Assembly (NCBI RefSeq): GCF_009914755.1
Contig: NC_060938.1
Reading direction: 5' to 3' (one strand)
DNA from: the human T2T-CHM13v2.0 reference genome, Homo sapiens
Length of the DNA: 64,000 nucleotides
How positions within the stretch are numbered: the first letter of the stretch is position 1; every line of letters starts with the position of its first letter. The notes beneath the pieces were generated by a model that was not told the DNA's origin, made no database searches, and saw nothing but the letters and a program-made list of their open reading frames with translations. The position numbers and the translations under genes are program-made. Below, piece by piece: positions 1 to 18,797 of the stretch.

Positions 1-60
1 GTAACTAACCTGCACAATGTGCACATGTACCCTAAAACTTAAAGTATAATAAAAGAAAAA
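1..60 (+). mobile_element. L1 (L1HS/L1PA2-like) extreme 3' end and A-tail, cut by the window edge
   Basis: gtaactaacctgcacaatgtgcacatgtaccctaaaacttaaagtataataaaa is the young L1PA 3' terminus. Confidence 0.9.
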
Positions 61-2481
61 TGTAAATAAATACCATGTTGAGAAAAAAAAATGTATAGGA
101 GAAAATAAAAATAAATTATCTCTTTCATAAGTTAAAAATATTTTACATTTCAGCATTCTGAAAGCACAGAGGATTCAACAAAATGATGGTTTAGAATCAA
201 ATTCAATAAAGAAACATCAGCTTGAGATCAGACTCTCAGGAATGTTTTTTTTTTTTCCTGATGAATCTGAGCCATTCAAGGTCCTTATAAATACGTCAGA
301 GCACCTTTGATTTTTGACTTTTTATAGTTAACAATTTCAGTTTGCTAATACAAAAGACCTCATGCCTTTTCATCCAGAAAACAGAGAACACTTTCTATTA
401 TGTAAGAGTATTATGTTTGAAGGAATATGTTTGCTTCAACTATGCGTGCTATGGTACAGAAAGCAAAACCACCTCCCTGTAGGTCTAAATCCAAGGGGTT
501 TTCAATGTATTTGGGTTAAGTCATGTTGTAAGGTTATAGCTCTCTAAGATTTTTACAAGATGCATTATTAAACACGAATCTTCTGTAACGTGTACAGCAT
601 ATCTTGTATAAATCAATGCAATATTTTCTTCTAAGTATGTGATGGTTTGGGTCACCCATGCTTAAAAAAAACTTTGAAGAGACAATTCATCTTTTTCCTA
701 TGAAGCAATTTTTGTTAATTGACATAATTCTTCAGCAGTCAAGCTATTACTGTCATTAGGTAGTCCTTTCCTTTATTCAGAAGCCCAAGAAGTTAGTAGA
801 GGTTTGTATACTATGCACCTTTCACCAGAAAATAAAAAGGGAGAACTTTAAGTATTTGACATCATCAAAAATTAGGTGTTATGGTGCTATGCTTAAGTTT
901 TGATATTATATATTAATTACATTTCCCTTAGTACTACCTCCTCTGAATTCTTGAGCTTGTCAGTAGTTGAAAACATTTGAACCTAAACCATTTTTGCACA
1001 TTCACAACTAAATGTCTGGGTAACTTGGGAATTAATACTCTACAACCTGTGATGGAGCAGGGAGCAGGGTCAGCTGTCCATTAGCATCTCTTGTGAGGTT
1101 TCTCCATTTTCATAAAGAAGCTTGAGAAAATCTCCAGATTTGCCTGAGGGTAGACACAAAGCAATGCTCAGTTATACTCAATGTTATCAACCTACTGGAC
1201 TTGGTATAAAAGACTTTTTGAGCACTGTATTGCTTATTAAAAAACAGTAAAGTGTAAAAGATAGTTCTTTAGACAAATTGGCCCATGGAAATGCCAAATC
1301 ATTAGTTTTGGTGTCCGTAATGCCTCACAAAGTTATAAACTTTTATGAATAATTTGCTAAGAAATTAGCTCTAATGACAGGTAGTTTATGTATATACCTT
1401 GATAACATCTACAGGTATCTTATGCACATGACATTATAGAAATATTTGTTTGGGTTTTTCTCAACCAGTCATTTTCTACACCATAATTCCAGCTCAGCCC
1501 ACTCCACTTGCAATTGCTTGCTCTCATCTTCTAACTCCTGTTTATTCTTCTCAATTTCTGCTGCAATGGCTTCAATTAACCTGCTCCTCTGTATCTTGTA
1601 TGCTTTTTAGTTCACTGCTTATTTCCTTCTTCCTGCTGGAAAACTTGGCTAAATAACTCGTATTACTATTTTAGCCTCATTTGTCTTTAAGATTATCTCA
1701 TAAGGATATCCTATATAAATGGTAGTTAATATTTCTGAGCACCAACTTCCCTTACTCCAGCTCTCAGACTTCTTCCCATTGTTATGACAATTGAAGGCTT
1801 TTTAAATTCCTGTCTTAGGAGAAGTGGCCCAAAATTTGCCATAGATCTATGATGTTTTAATTAATACTGACCTCTGAATGATCTAGAAAATAATGGTAAA
1901 CCATGTATACATATTTGTGTGTGCACATGTGTGCATGTATTCGTAGCATCTGTGTGTGTGTACATTTTATAGATTTTGTCTTTATGTGAAGAAATATACT
2001 GAGTATCCAAATAAGCATAATTTCTATACAAGTGAGGTATGTGGGTTAAAATCTAGCGAACAAAATATAACTATACATTCATGATTTGGAAACCTTTTAA
2101 CATGATTCTTGAGGAATTACTCAATTGTTAATTGTTTCTACCTTCTCTACCAAAATGACTAATATTTGGACTGAAAAGAAAAAAAAGAAAACCTCAGTAA
2201 GGAAAAGTGGAATTTCTGTAGGTGGTAACTCTGGAATATCCCACCAAGAGAATGAATCAGATTAAAATAATGACTGTAGAAATTTCCTTGTTAGTGAATA
2301 TTCAGCCTGGCCTTAAGGAAAATGTAGCTCTCTCTTACTGCTTTGTATCTTATTTCTTTTACTATGTCAATTCTCACCTTAGTAGAACTACTACTAGTTC
2401 TAGTACCATGGCTATCATAGATGCAACCATTATATTCCATTTAGTTTCTTCCTCAGGTTCCCTAACAATTGTTTGAAACTG

Positions 2482-2660
2482 AATATATATGTTTATGTAT
2501 GTGTGTGTGTTCACTTTCATGTATATGGTGTATATGGGATGTGTGCAGTTTTCAGTTTTATATATATTCATATATATACATGCATATATATGTATAATAT
2601 ACATATATACATGCATACACATGTATAATATACATATATACACATATATGCACACATATA
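2482..2660. repeat. (TA)n/(TG)n low-complexity microsatellite
   Basis: runs of tatatacatgcatatata; explains the Y/I/C/M-rich ORFs here. Confidence 0.85.
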
Positions 2661-3169
2661 ATCACTGAGTTCCAAAGTGAGTCTTTATTTGGGGCAATTG
2701 CATTCTCTCCCCTCTGTCTGCTCACTGGCCTTTGCAAGACATAGCAATTGCTTGATTTTCCTTTAGATAAGAGTCTTATCTTCAGCACTCTTGACTCTAG
2801 CCTTAAATTTGGATTTCTATTCCAGAATACCTCTCATATCAATCTTAAAACCTAAGATGGGTAAAGAGGTCATAAGATTTTTAGTATGAAAGAGTTTGCT
2901 TAGTTAAATTATATCCCAGGAAACTCATTCATCTACAAGTTAAATTGTAAAATATTGTTTGTTGTATCTGAAAAAATCTTTAGAACAAGAAATGTAACTG
3001 GGTAGCCTGTTATATCAAAGAACCCTCGATTTATTAAGTCTCCTCATAGCCATATCGTTATATAGCCCTCTCTGACACTGACTTAATAGACACTTGACAA
3101 ATGATAGTAAATTTAGGCTTGGCAAATTAAAATGGCACCAATGCCAAATGAGAACCTGATCTACTCTAC

Positions 3170-3395
3170 TAGAGAGACTAAGTGGAGGAGAACCCAGCTG
3201 ATAGCACCAGTGAACTGCCAGATATTTGAGTGATGTCACTTTGGACTATGTAGGCCTTGTCAGTCATATAAGGAAACCTAGGCAAGACTCCGAATATTAT
3301 CCTCCTGAGCTCAACCAAAGTTAACAAATTGTGAGTTTGTGTTTTAACCAACTAAGTTTGATGACTGCTATACACAGCAATGGATAATTGAAATA
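3170..3395 (+). mobile_element. old MaLR (MLT1-type) LTR 3' fragment
   Basis: ends ttttaaccaactaagttttg...cacagcaatggataattgaaata, resembling MLT1 3' termini. Confidence 0.5.
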
Positions 3396-4484
3396 ACAAC
3401 TAAAAATTAAAGATGAGATAATGTATTGTGTTTAAAAATTTAGCAAGTGAGTACTTCATGAATATATTTACCTTGATGGCATTACAAGCTAAGTTTTGCT
3501 GGGCTTTATTAGAATAAATTATTTGAGCATTGATGAGAAAGTGAACTTTCAAACTATCTTATTTACGTTTATGTTTCAGTTATCCCACAAAAGCAGGAAA
3601 TTACTTTCAACAATGCACCTGAGGTATTTTATAGTATCTCTCTGGTTATTTCCATGTATCAGGTGGAGAAATATGGATCAGACACAAAGACAATAAGGTT
3701 AATTGCTCTCTAGCTGAATATTTTTTCTTAAATGGGTTTATTAGTAAATTGATAACTTGATTTGATGTTTACTCTGACGTGTGATGTAAAGTTCTTCCTA
3801 AAGCCCCCTTTCTTTTCCTTTTTAAATATATTAACATAGATGAATACAGAGAATGTGAACATATTAGATATATAGATATCACAACAGGAGAACAGTAAAT
3901 GTTGGGTTTTAGACTATTTCAACCCTAAAATATGGACACAGGTTGGAATGAGGATCCAATTCAGCATAATAGCCTCTAATGGAGTGGGGAACATATAAAA
4001 TCCTGTGTTGTTTTATGAAATGTTGCTTATTTGCTGCATGTTTTTAAAAAGTATCAGTTTTATTTAATAGTGGGATCTTTATGTCAGTGATTACTGATGT
4101 TTCCAGCAAGCTAATTCGTACCAGGGAGAGAATGTAAACATTTAGAAAGGGGATTATATTTCTCTATTATCTGCATATGTCAGATGACAACGAGAGTTTC
4201 AAAGTACAATCTTATGAAGGATTGTATTGCAGATTTGGCCTAGAAGCACAAAACCGTTAAATTTTTATCAAAATTATACCTGAAAATTCTTCATGTTGTT
4301 TATTAGCAGTCATTATCTTTACAAAGATATAGGAAATAAAGTGATTTCCATCTGCTGCGATCACTTGCCTTTTACAATAGACAAAATTGTTATTTTCATT
4401 AGGTTTTACAAAAGGAATGATATATAAATTTTTAAAAGGCATGTTTAGGTTCTTTCACCAGAGAAATTTAGATTATTCTTGCAT

Positions 4485-6803
<2,319 letters not shown>

Positions 6804-8740
6804 GAACTAGTTTGTTGAGTTCATTTAGGAACTAAGTTGTAAGAAATATTGCACCAGACAATTTATTTTCTGAGATGAAACTCAAGTAACTATGAGCACA
6901 GTATCAGGAATGACATTCATTTGTTCCCAGCTGTCTCTAGGCATTTTGCACTCTTGAAAAATACTAAGTTCCCTGGACCTGAAGAGATTCATGAATCAGT
7001 AAGAATGTGAGCCCCTTGAGTGTTCAATATACCTTCAAACCTTAGAAACTGTAAGTCAATGATGGTGATTATCATATCACAAGAGTATAGTTAGCTTCTA
7101 TTAAAAGACATAAAAGACCCCTCTGAGTTAGCCCTAGACACATATTACTCCAACTGCCTGAAGAAATGTTTACCGATCCATACAGAATTACTCTCAATTA
7201 GATTTAGAGAAAACATTCTCTCTTTGAAGAACACTAGAATTGAGGAAAATATGGTAGAGCATATAGGTTATTTTGCCTTTGTTACTTTGTAGACCTTAAA
7301 TCATGGAGTGTGTTAGAACACAGTATATTTGTGACAACCATGACAGTTCAGAGAAATGCAGTGAGGTCATTTACTCTGAAACTGAAAGACACTAATCTCT
7401 GCTCTGAGACCCACAAAATCAGATTATCTGTTTTACCTGCGTGATTTCTATTCCTCTCATTTTGTTGTTCTTTTTATAAAACATCTTTGTTAAATAATAA
7501 AGTTATTACTCTAAGGTAGTGTCCAAGTCTCTTTGATAATAATGAAATGTCCATGGCCAAATCCCATTGCTTTGTTTTGACACTGTGCTCCAAGAAAATT
7601 ACTTTGATATACCCTCTCATATTAGAATAAATACATTATACATACCTATTGCCTACATCAAGTTTTGAATTGTACCACTTTCAGGTTTAACCTGGCCATA
7701 GAGCAGATTTTCTTAATGGTTGGTGAACACAGAATAATAGTTTAATCGTTCAGATAAACTATTTTGCAGAAACATTTAAAATCAGAAATTGCAGAACTAC
7801 TATCTGAACTTAACCATATTTTGTTTTATTTAGTACTCATGCTGACAAGTTGATTTACCACCTCGTTTTCCCAACAAGTGTTAAGATTTCAATATGCAGT
7901 TAATGGTTTCTAAAAACAGTGACTATTTAATTACATCCTTATAGTTTCCCCAAATTGCTTATAGTTTGCCCTCATTTTGTTAGGTCTATAATATTTCTCA
8001 ATTAGTGAAAAAATTTCTACTCCTTTTTAATTATTGATGCATATAATGATGTATAAAAATTATGTAGATAGCCCCTCCATGAAAACTTAAAATCAAGAGC
8101 TTTTAACATTAAAGTATCAGAATACAAACTAAAGAAAACACACCAATTCAGAAAGATTTTCTTTAAATATATTAAAGTGAATAAAATGTTCACAGAGAAT
8201 CACTCACATCTAAGGATATAGACTTTTTCCTAAAGTGAAACTATTTTTGGTTCACTCAGACTCTGGGTAGTGTTTCACTGATTTTGAATTTCACTGGTCA
8301 GAACCAGTGTTGGTAGTAAGAATTATTATCCCAGAAGAGAATGGAAATGCTTGCCAACTCTACTTTCAACCCTTGTTGGAATCTCTATCTTGTGGGTAGA
8401 GATATGACTAAATTAAGCAGTTTTAAGTCTAAGCCAGAAAGATTTAATTATTGATTTATTGGTTTTACAATTGTTAAATATTGCCTTTAACCAAGTATAT
8501 GTTTTATCATGTAATAATCACTTTGGCAGCCTCAAATGTCATGGGTTCACAGGGTAAATGTTAAGGTAATAGCTAAACAATTGAGCGTATAGGAGATCTA
8601 TAGTAAGTGAAAAAAATTCGAGATGTAATATAGAGTCCAGTATGACAGACTTGAGAAACTTCCAAAAACTAGGAAAAGAAAACCAAAAGTCATTCTTGCA
8701 GTGTCTCTGATTGCACTGACTTGATGCAGAATTGGTGCAT

Positions 8741-8987
8741 TAACATATGTATACATTACATATGTATACATGTGCCATGCTGGTGTGCTGAACCCATTAA
8801 CTCGACATTTAGCCTTAGGCATATCTCCTAATGCTATCCCTCACCCCTCTTCCCACCCCACAACAGCCCCCAGAGTGTGATGTTCCCCTTCCTGTGTCCA
8901 TGTGTTCTCATTGTTCAATTCCCAGCTATGAGTGAGAACATGCGGTGTTTCGTTTTTTGTCCTTGCGATAGTTGACTGAGAATGATG
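8741..8987 (-). mobile_element. young L1PA 3' UTR fragment lacking its terminal bases and poly(A)
   Basis: reverse complement of L1 3' UTR (catgtgccatgctggtgtgctg...tatgagtgagaacatgcggtgttt). Confidence 0.92.
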
Positions 8988-9576
8988 AATTAAAATAAAA
9001 ATGCATGCACTTTCAAATGTACTTAGTGCAACATATTGAACTTACATTCCAGTTTTCCTGGAATTACTTGTGTCTTGAGCTAAAGGCTGTATTTGGTATA
9101 ACAGGGAAGGAAAGAAATTATTTTTCCTATAAAATTAGTTTAAAAACACATATAATTAAACAAAATAAAAATATTATCCCATCTTTTAAAGAACATTTAC
9201 TAAGTCCCAGATATTACCCGAAGTTTAGAAAATCACCTAAGAACAATTGTTTAAAAATTATTTAGGGAAAATGAAGCAAAATTGTTTTTACAATCTGAGA
9301 TTTTAACAGCTGTTCTTTTAACTCCTGTTCTTCAGCTGAATGTCCCCTTCATTCTGAATGTCTGCAGTAGAATTGAATTGGGGAGCAGTTAGGTTCCAGG
9401 AACATATTCACTCCTGTTTTGTTCCCTCCCCAATCTCAGCCTTTCGGTGACTGTTTGGGCAAAGCCTCCCTCGTGGTAGAAGATGCCTCACTTCTGGGGA
9501 GAGGAGACTCCTCATCTTGCAGACAAGAGGCAGCACCCACTGGTTCCTGCTCCAAAAGCCATTAACATTATAAACT

Positions 9577-9862
9577 GGCCAGGTGTGGTGGCTCAAACCT
9601 GTAATCCCAGCACCACTTGGGAGGTTGAGGCAGAAGGATTGCTTGAGCCCAGGAGTTTGAGAACAGCCTTGGCAACAAAGTGAGACCCAATCTCTACAAA
9701 AACTAGAGAAAAAAATAGCTGGGTGTGGTGGCACTCACCTGTACTAAGGAGGCTGGGCTGGGAGGATCTCTTGAGCCCAGGTGGTTGAGGCTTCAGTGAG
9801 CCAAGATCACACCTCTGCACTTGAGCTTGGGTGACAGAGTAAGACCCTATCTCAAAAAATAA
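9577..9862 (+). mobile_element. AluJ-type element
   Basis: dimeric Alu with ggattgcttgagcccagg; TSD attataaact on both sides. Confidence 0.93.
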
Positions 9863-11801
9863 ATTATAAACTGATTCACAATAACTTTGGTTTTGTCACT
9901 AATATGCTGAATATTTTTGTTACAACTAATATGCAAAATGAAAACTGGCTATCACTACCATTCTGATAATGGAATTAGCTGTCCTACATACCTGATGACC
10001 TAATGCTTAACCTAATCTTCCTCTTTCCCACTTTGATTTGGAAACTTGTTACAAGAGAGTTCTTTACCTCAAAGTCTTAAGGAATTCAAGACAAGACTAG
10101 AGTATGTTAAGATACCACAAAAAAAAAAAAATATATATATATATATATATAGCAAGAGCTTTCTTGAGTAAGCAAATTTTATACATATAAAAATAATTTA
10201 CATGCAAATGACCAAGAGGAAAGGTTAAGTGACTCTGGTGTAAATAATTAGTTTACTGATTCTGCCAGAGCATATTAAGAAAAATTCACTTTGGCAAAAT
10301 TATATGGATTTAAAGAAGTAACAAGTGGGTTTCTCTAAAGCACAGTTTGGCTTTTTACTAGAATATCAAGTCACCTTTTTGGGTGAGGAGAGTACAATGG
10401 GAATGGGCAGCTGGTGCAAATAAACATTTAAAATTACTTAAAACTTCAACAAATGGGATCTGTATTTAAATGTGTTTTGGTCTGTCTTCCCTTTGTTTTT
10501 TCTAATCCATTCCAACAATGCAAACCTCAGCCACTGTCAAGGGCAATCTCAGACTGGAGGTTGCTGCCTAGGGTGAGGTTCTAGCAAGACTGACAAGCAG
10601 AGCTCAGGGAAAAGTCTGCATGGGAAAACAGGGCCAGACTTAGAAGGCATTGCTGATGAATTCAATTTTCTTACTACAGAAGAGCTAGCAAAAACTGCAA
10701 TATGATGTGTAAAGTCAGTGTAATCTTATGGACATTATACCAAGTCACAACATGAGGCATGAGATACCTCAGATGTTGTTCCCTCTAAATCTCATGTTGA
10801 ATTGTGATATCCCCAATGTTGGTGGTAGGTCTGGAGGGAGGTGATTGGATCATGGGGGTGGATTTCTCAGAAATGGTCTAGCATCCTGTCCCTGGTGCTG
10901 TCCTTGTGATAGTGAGTGAATTCTTGCAAGATCTATTTGTTTAAAAGTGTGTGGTGCTTCCCCTGCCTTGCCAGGTGATGTGCCTGCCTGCTCCTTCTTC
11001 ATCTTCTGCCGTGAATAAAGCCTCCTGAGGCCTCACCAGAAGCTAGGCAGATGCCAGAATCATGTTTGTACAGCCTGCAGCTATACAAACCTCTTTTCAA
11101 AGCTCTTTTCTTTATAAATTACCCAGTCTCAGGTATTTCTTCATAGCAATGTAAGAATGGCCTAATACAGAAAATTGGTACTGAGACATGGGGCATTGCT
11201 ATAAAGATACTTGAAAGTGTGGAAGTGACTTTGGAACTAGGTAATGGGCAGGAGTTGGAAGAGTTTGGACGGCTCCTAATAGAGGAAGATGAAGGAAAGT
11301 TCTGAATTTCTTAGAGACTAGTTAAACGGTTGTGACCAAAATGCTGATAGTGATATGGACAGTGAAGGATAGGCTGATGCGGTCTCAGATGAAAATGAGG
11401 AACTTACTGGGACTTGGAATAAAGGTCATGCCTGTTATGCCTTTGCAAAGAACTTGGCTGCAGTCTGTTCATGTACTAGGGATCTGAGGAAGTTTGAACA
11501 CTCAGACACAGGAGCAAAAAAATGACTTAAAGTTGGAATTTACAATTAAATGGGAAGCAAACCATACAAGTATAGAAAATTTGCAGCCTGCCCATTTGGC
11601 AAAGGAAGATAAAGCATTTTCAGGGGAAGAATCTAAACAGGCTGTGGAGCAACCACTTATTAGAGACATTTGCATAACTGAAAAAGCTAGGTGCTGATAG
11701 CCAAGACAATTAAAAAAAGGCCTTGAAGGCATTTCAGAAATCTTTGTAGCAGCTCATCCCAGCACAGACCTAGAGGTCTAGGATGAAAGAATGGTTTCTT
11801 G

Positions 11802-12590
11802 TGTAGTGGGATTTTAAAAATTAATTAATTAATTAATTAATTTATTTATTTATTTATTTTGAGATGGAGTCTCACTCTGTCACCCAGGCTGGAGTGCAGT
11901 GGCACAATTTCAGCTCACTGCAAGCTCTGCCTTCCGGGACATGCCATTCTCCTGTCTCAGCCTCCCAAGTAGTTGGGACTACAGGTGACTGCCACCATGC
12001 CTGGCTAATTTTTTGTATTTTTAGTAGAGACGGGTTTTCACTGTCTCAGCCATGATAGTCTCAATCTCCTGACCTCGTGATCTGCCTGCCTCAGCCTCCC
12101 AAAGTGCTGGGATTACACGCATGAGCCACCGTGCCCAGGCTGTAGTGGGATTTTTTAAGGAATCAGAGAGACTGATGGGGTTGAGGAGGATATTTATTAT
12201 TTAGGTGCACTGGCCCAGTCAGATTAACATCCAAAGGACTGAGTCCTGAACAAAGACTTAAGTTAACTTTTAAGCATTTTGTGGGGTGGTGGGGAGTGGG
12301 GAGATCTGTGCAGGGGGAAGCATATTACAGAAGCGAGAAACAAAAACAGTTATTCAATTAACTGTCTTGAGTTTATCTGTCTAGTGACCTTGCAGCTGCA
12401 CAGCTAGGGAAACAGGGTCTTCACAATGCCTGGGAAAAGAGGAGAGATGAAGCTCACTAGCCACAGAAAAACAGGCAGTTAATTTTTAAAGGGCTCCAGC
12501 TCTTTCTCTTTCTCAGGGGGAATTAGGTTTTCTCACATACAACTGAGTTTCTGCTTACACATTCTTTAATTTCTTTTAATTCCTGTTCCA
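11802..12590 (-). mobile_element. ERV1 solo LTR (LTR15-like) inserted in the MST internal region
   Basis: TG...CA termini; 4-bp TSD CTTG at 11798-11801 and 12591-12594; MST-int resumes afterwards; subfamily name from recall. Confidence 0.75.
11816..12140 (-). mobile_element. AluY-like element nested in the ERV1 LTR
   Basis: ctgcaagctc and gccattctcc diagnostics; TSD tgtagtgggatttt at 11802-11815 and 12141-12154. Confidence 0.92.
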
Positions 12591-14124
12591 CTTGGACCAG
12601 GGCCAGGGCATCACTGTCCTGTACCACCCCCAGGAGGGTGTTCCTTGCATCCTGGCCCTTCTAGCTCCAGCCTTGGTTCAAAGGGCTGCAGATAGAGCTC
12701 AGGTCATGGCTTCAGTGGGTGCAAACTATAAGCCTTGATGGCTTCCATGTGGTGTTAAGCCTGCAGGTGAGCAAAGTGCAAGAGTGAAGGAGGCTTGGCA
12801 TTCTCTGCCTAAATTTCAGAGGATGTATGAGAAAGGCTGGATGCCCAGGGAGAAGACTATGCACCACTGGAGCTCTCAAAGAGGACCTCTTCTAGGACAG
12901 TGCCAAGTGGAAATTGGGGTTGGAGGCCCCACTCAGGGTCCTGACTGGGGGGGCTGCCTAGTGGAGCTGTGGGAGGGGGGCTGCTGCCCTCCAGATCCCA
13001 GAATGATAGAGCCACCAGCAGCTCATGCCTTCAGTGTAGAAGAGCTGTGGGAGCAGAGCAGCCCAAGTCCTTGGGAGCCCACCCTATGCATCGTGGGAAC
13101 GCTCTATGTTCCCAGGATGTAGGACGTGGTTTCAAAGGAGATTATTTTGGAACATCGAGTTTTAATGACTGCCCTGCTGGGATTTGAACTTGTGTGGGGC
13201 CTATAGCCCCTTGCTTTTGGCCAATTTCTCCTTTTGTAATGGGAATGTTTACCCAATGCCTGTACCCCAATTTTATCTTAGAAGTAAATAACTTGTTTTG
13301 ATTTTACAGGCTCATCAGTGGAAGGGACTTGCCTTGTCTCAGAAGAAACTGCACTTTCAAGTGATGCTGAAATAGGTTGAGACTTTTGGGGGACTATTGA
13401 GAAGGGATGGTTGTATTTTGCAATGTGAGAAGAACATGAGATTTGAAGGGCCAGGGATGGAATGAAATAGTTTGGATGTTGTACCCTTTAAGTCTCATGT
13501 CGAATTGTAATTTCCAGTGTTGGAGTCGGGGTCTGGTGGGAGGTGATGGGGTCATGAAGGCTGATTTCTCATGTTTAACACCATCCTCTTGGCACTGTCC
13601 TTGCAAGAGTGAATGAGGTCTCATTACATCTGGCTGTTAAAAGTGTGTGGCACCTCTCCCTGCTTGCTGCTGCTCTGGCCATGTGACATACCTTCTTTTG
13701 CTTCACCTTCTGCCATGTGTAAAACCTCCCTGAGGACCCTTCTTGAAGTCAAGCAACTGCCAATGCTGTACTTCCTGTACAGCCTGCAGAACTGTGAGCC
13801 AAGTCAATCTTTTTTTTTTCAGTATAAATTATGTAGTGCTTAGGTATTCCTTTATAGTAATGCAAGAATGCCATAATACAAGGCATAATGGTTTGCATTT
13901 TAAAAATGAAAATTAAATTTTTGTAATTTATCATGAAAAGATGAAATGTGTTAATAATGAGCAATATCTACATGTAGTTTTAGAGGTGCTGACAATCTGT
14001 CAAGGAATTACATGCATTGATCAAGCAGTTTACCTTCAAGTTGAATACCAAGATATTCCTATCTAACATAACAAAATTTTGACATTATTTGGGAGACTGG
14101 AAATAATGCTAAATAATATCAGAT

Positions 14125-14970
14125 TGTCAAAGTCAAATAAATATAGAGACAAACATCTGAAATTAAAATGTTTTATTTGAGATACAAGTATTACAATTTC
14201 ACACATACATGCAGAATGGGTGTCTTTAGTATGTCCAAAACATAAAGAGAAAGTTAGAGGTTTTATAAAAAAGGGAGACAGAGAGAAAAACGGTATGTAT
14301 TTCTCTTTGAGAAAGTTCACTGGCACCAGTAAGGTTTTTGAGAGCTGGCAGGCTCTGATAGGTGAGGGACAGTGGTGGGTAAAGCTACTCTTAGTGTTCA
14401 AGAGGTTGTTTCAGTAACCATTTGATAAAACTGGTTTCAGCTTAAAGCAGGTAATTTCAGCAGCCAGGCATGCAGAGAATTACGCTTTTGGAGTGGCATT
14501 TTTGCCCTGAATGCCTCCTCCCCCTTGCTTGTTGATGGTTTTATTTGGTGTGATAAGAATGACCCAATTCATATGATCAATTTTTACATTTAACCCTTTC
14601 CATCAAGATCTTTCTCTTAAAGCATCAACCATGTTTATAGTTGTACAACGACTACAAGTTAGGTTTAATCATCCCTTAGTGCTAGGAGAGACCTGTCCCA
14701 GTTGCTCTGTCCCACATCTGGGAAAGGTATGGAGGTCTACATCAGGTCTATGTCAAGATTTATGGCTTAAAATGTCTATCCAAGGAAAAAATAAAACTGA
14801 CCAGTAATCCCAGGAGAGAAACATACCCTGGCAAATTCGAAGATATTTCTAATTTTATTTAACAATTTTAAAATTAATTAATGTATCAAAGATTCACCTA
14901 ACTCATGTCAAATAAAATATGTTTGCACTAATTAATATATATTTTATATGAACATTCCTTTATTTAAACC
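14125..14970 (-). mobile_element. ERV1 MER4-group LTR (MER65-like, ~14125-14588) with adjacent internal remnant
   Basis: TG..CA ends; minus strand begins tgtaaaaattgatcatatgaattgggtcattc, preceded by a purine-rich PPT-like tract. Confidence 0.55.
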
Positions 14971-14984
14971 ATCCTTTTTTCCTA

Positions 14985-17342
<2,358 letters not shown>

Positions 17343-17345
17343 GAC

Positions 17346-17919
17346 TGAAGGTAGGCAGTGAAGCAAATGCTTGCATTCTTGTGTGGCTCTGATTAGCATC
17401 AGGATATCTACATTTTACATAGGAAAGGAGGGAGCAGAGGAAACAGTTATGCGTTCATCTCACATTCAGTAAATCTCCATTTTACATAAGATAAAGTAAG
17501 CATGTGAATAGAGGGAGTGGAGTAGAGGAAAACTCAATGATTCATTCATCTCAGGGTAGGCAGAGGGATGATTTCTGGTCCTGACCTTGTCCCAGAACTA
17601 TGAAAATAAGCTGGTAATTGAGATTGTCAGGGTGAAATTGAGCCGACTCACTTTTAGGGATAGTTTACAGGTGGGATGTGCATTCTGAAAGATTTAGGGG
17701 TTCACAGCAAATTGTGAGGGAGGACATCTGAGGAGACATGTGGCCTTCTGTCACTGTGGGAACCTGGCTTATGGATGAGGCTATGACACAGGGTTGTGAA
17801 GTTATGGCTATGTGTTTCAGAACAAGGAAGGCAGTATTGCGTAACTCAGTTCCCAAGCTTAATTTTCCCTTTGACACAGTGAGCTTGGAGTTGGGGTCTC
17901 TATTCTCTTTTCTCTCACA
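17346..17919 (-). mobile_element. ERV1 LTR fragment (MER41/MER57-like)
   Basis: actcagttcccaagcttaattttccctttg and gcaaattgtgagggagg motifs; ends ctctcaca. Confidence 0.65.
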
Positions 17920-18112
17920 AAATCATATGGGAACATTCCAGAAAATGTGAGGTTCTGTGCTCACTATTAAATAAAAATGACCAAGAGAGCCATGGGTAAG
18001 CTCCCTTCTCAGTCATCAGGACTGCAACAGAGAGTTTTCCCCTGTGTGGACAGGGTCCTGAATTCTGCAGGATCCCGTGGGGACACAAGTGTCAGGATAG
18101 AGGCACTCATTC

Positions 18113-18380
18113 AGCCAGGTACAGTGTCTCACGCCTGTAATGTCAGCTACACTGGAGGCTGAGGTCACCTTGAGGCCAGGATTTCAAGACCAGCCTGGGC
18201 AACATAGCAAGATCCCATATCTAAGAATAAAATTAGCCGGGTGTGGTGGCATGCACCTGTAATCCTAGTTAATTGGGAGGGAGGCTGAGGTGGGAGGATT
18301 GCTTGAGCCTAGGCGTTGGAGGCTACAACGAGCTAGGATTACACCACTGCACTCCAGTCTCGGCAACAGTAAGACTCCAT
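18113..18380 (+). mobile_element. AluJ-type element with internal deletion
   Basis: Alu arms recognisable, left arm shortened. Confidence 0.85.
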
Positions 18381-18491
18381 ATGTGACAACAACCAACCTA
18401 TTCTGTGTTTTGAGTGTAAATTACCATAGCCTTTGTAACAGAAATTAGGCAGTAACTCTTATCATTCAAAATGCATAAGAAATTTGGCTAA

Positions 18492-18797
<306 letters not shown>

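Larger units (their letters stand above)
10760..13880 (+). mobile_element. complete MaLR MST (MSTB-like) provirus: 5' LTR ~10760-11169, internal region, 3' LTR ~13463-13880
   Basis: both LTRs end taataca; internal region starts gaaaattggtact; 5-bp TSD AGGCA at 10755-10759 and 13881-13885. Confidence 0.9.
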
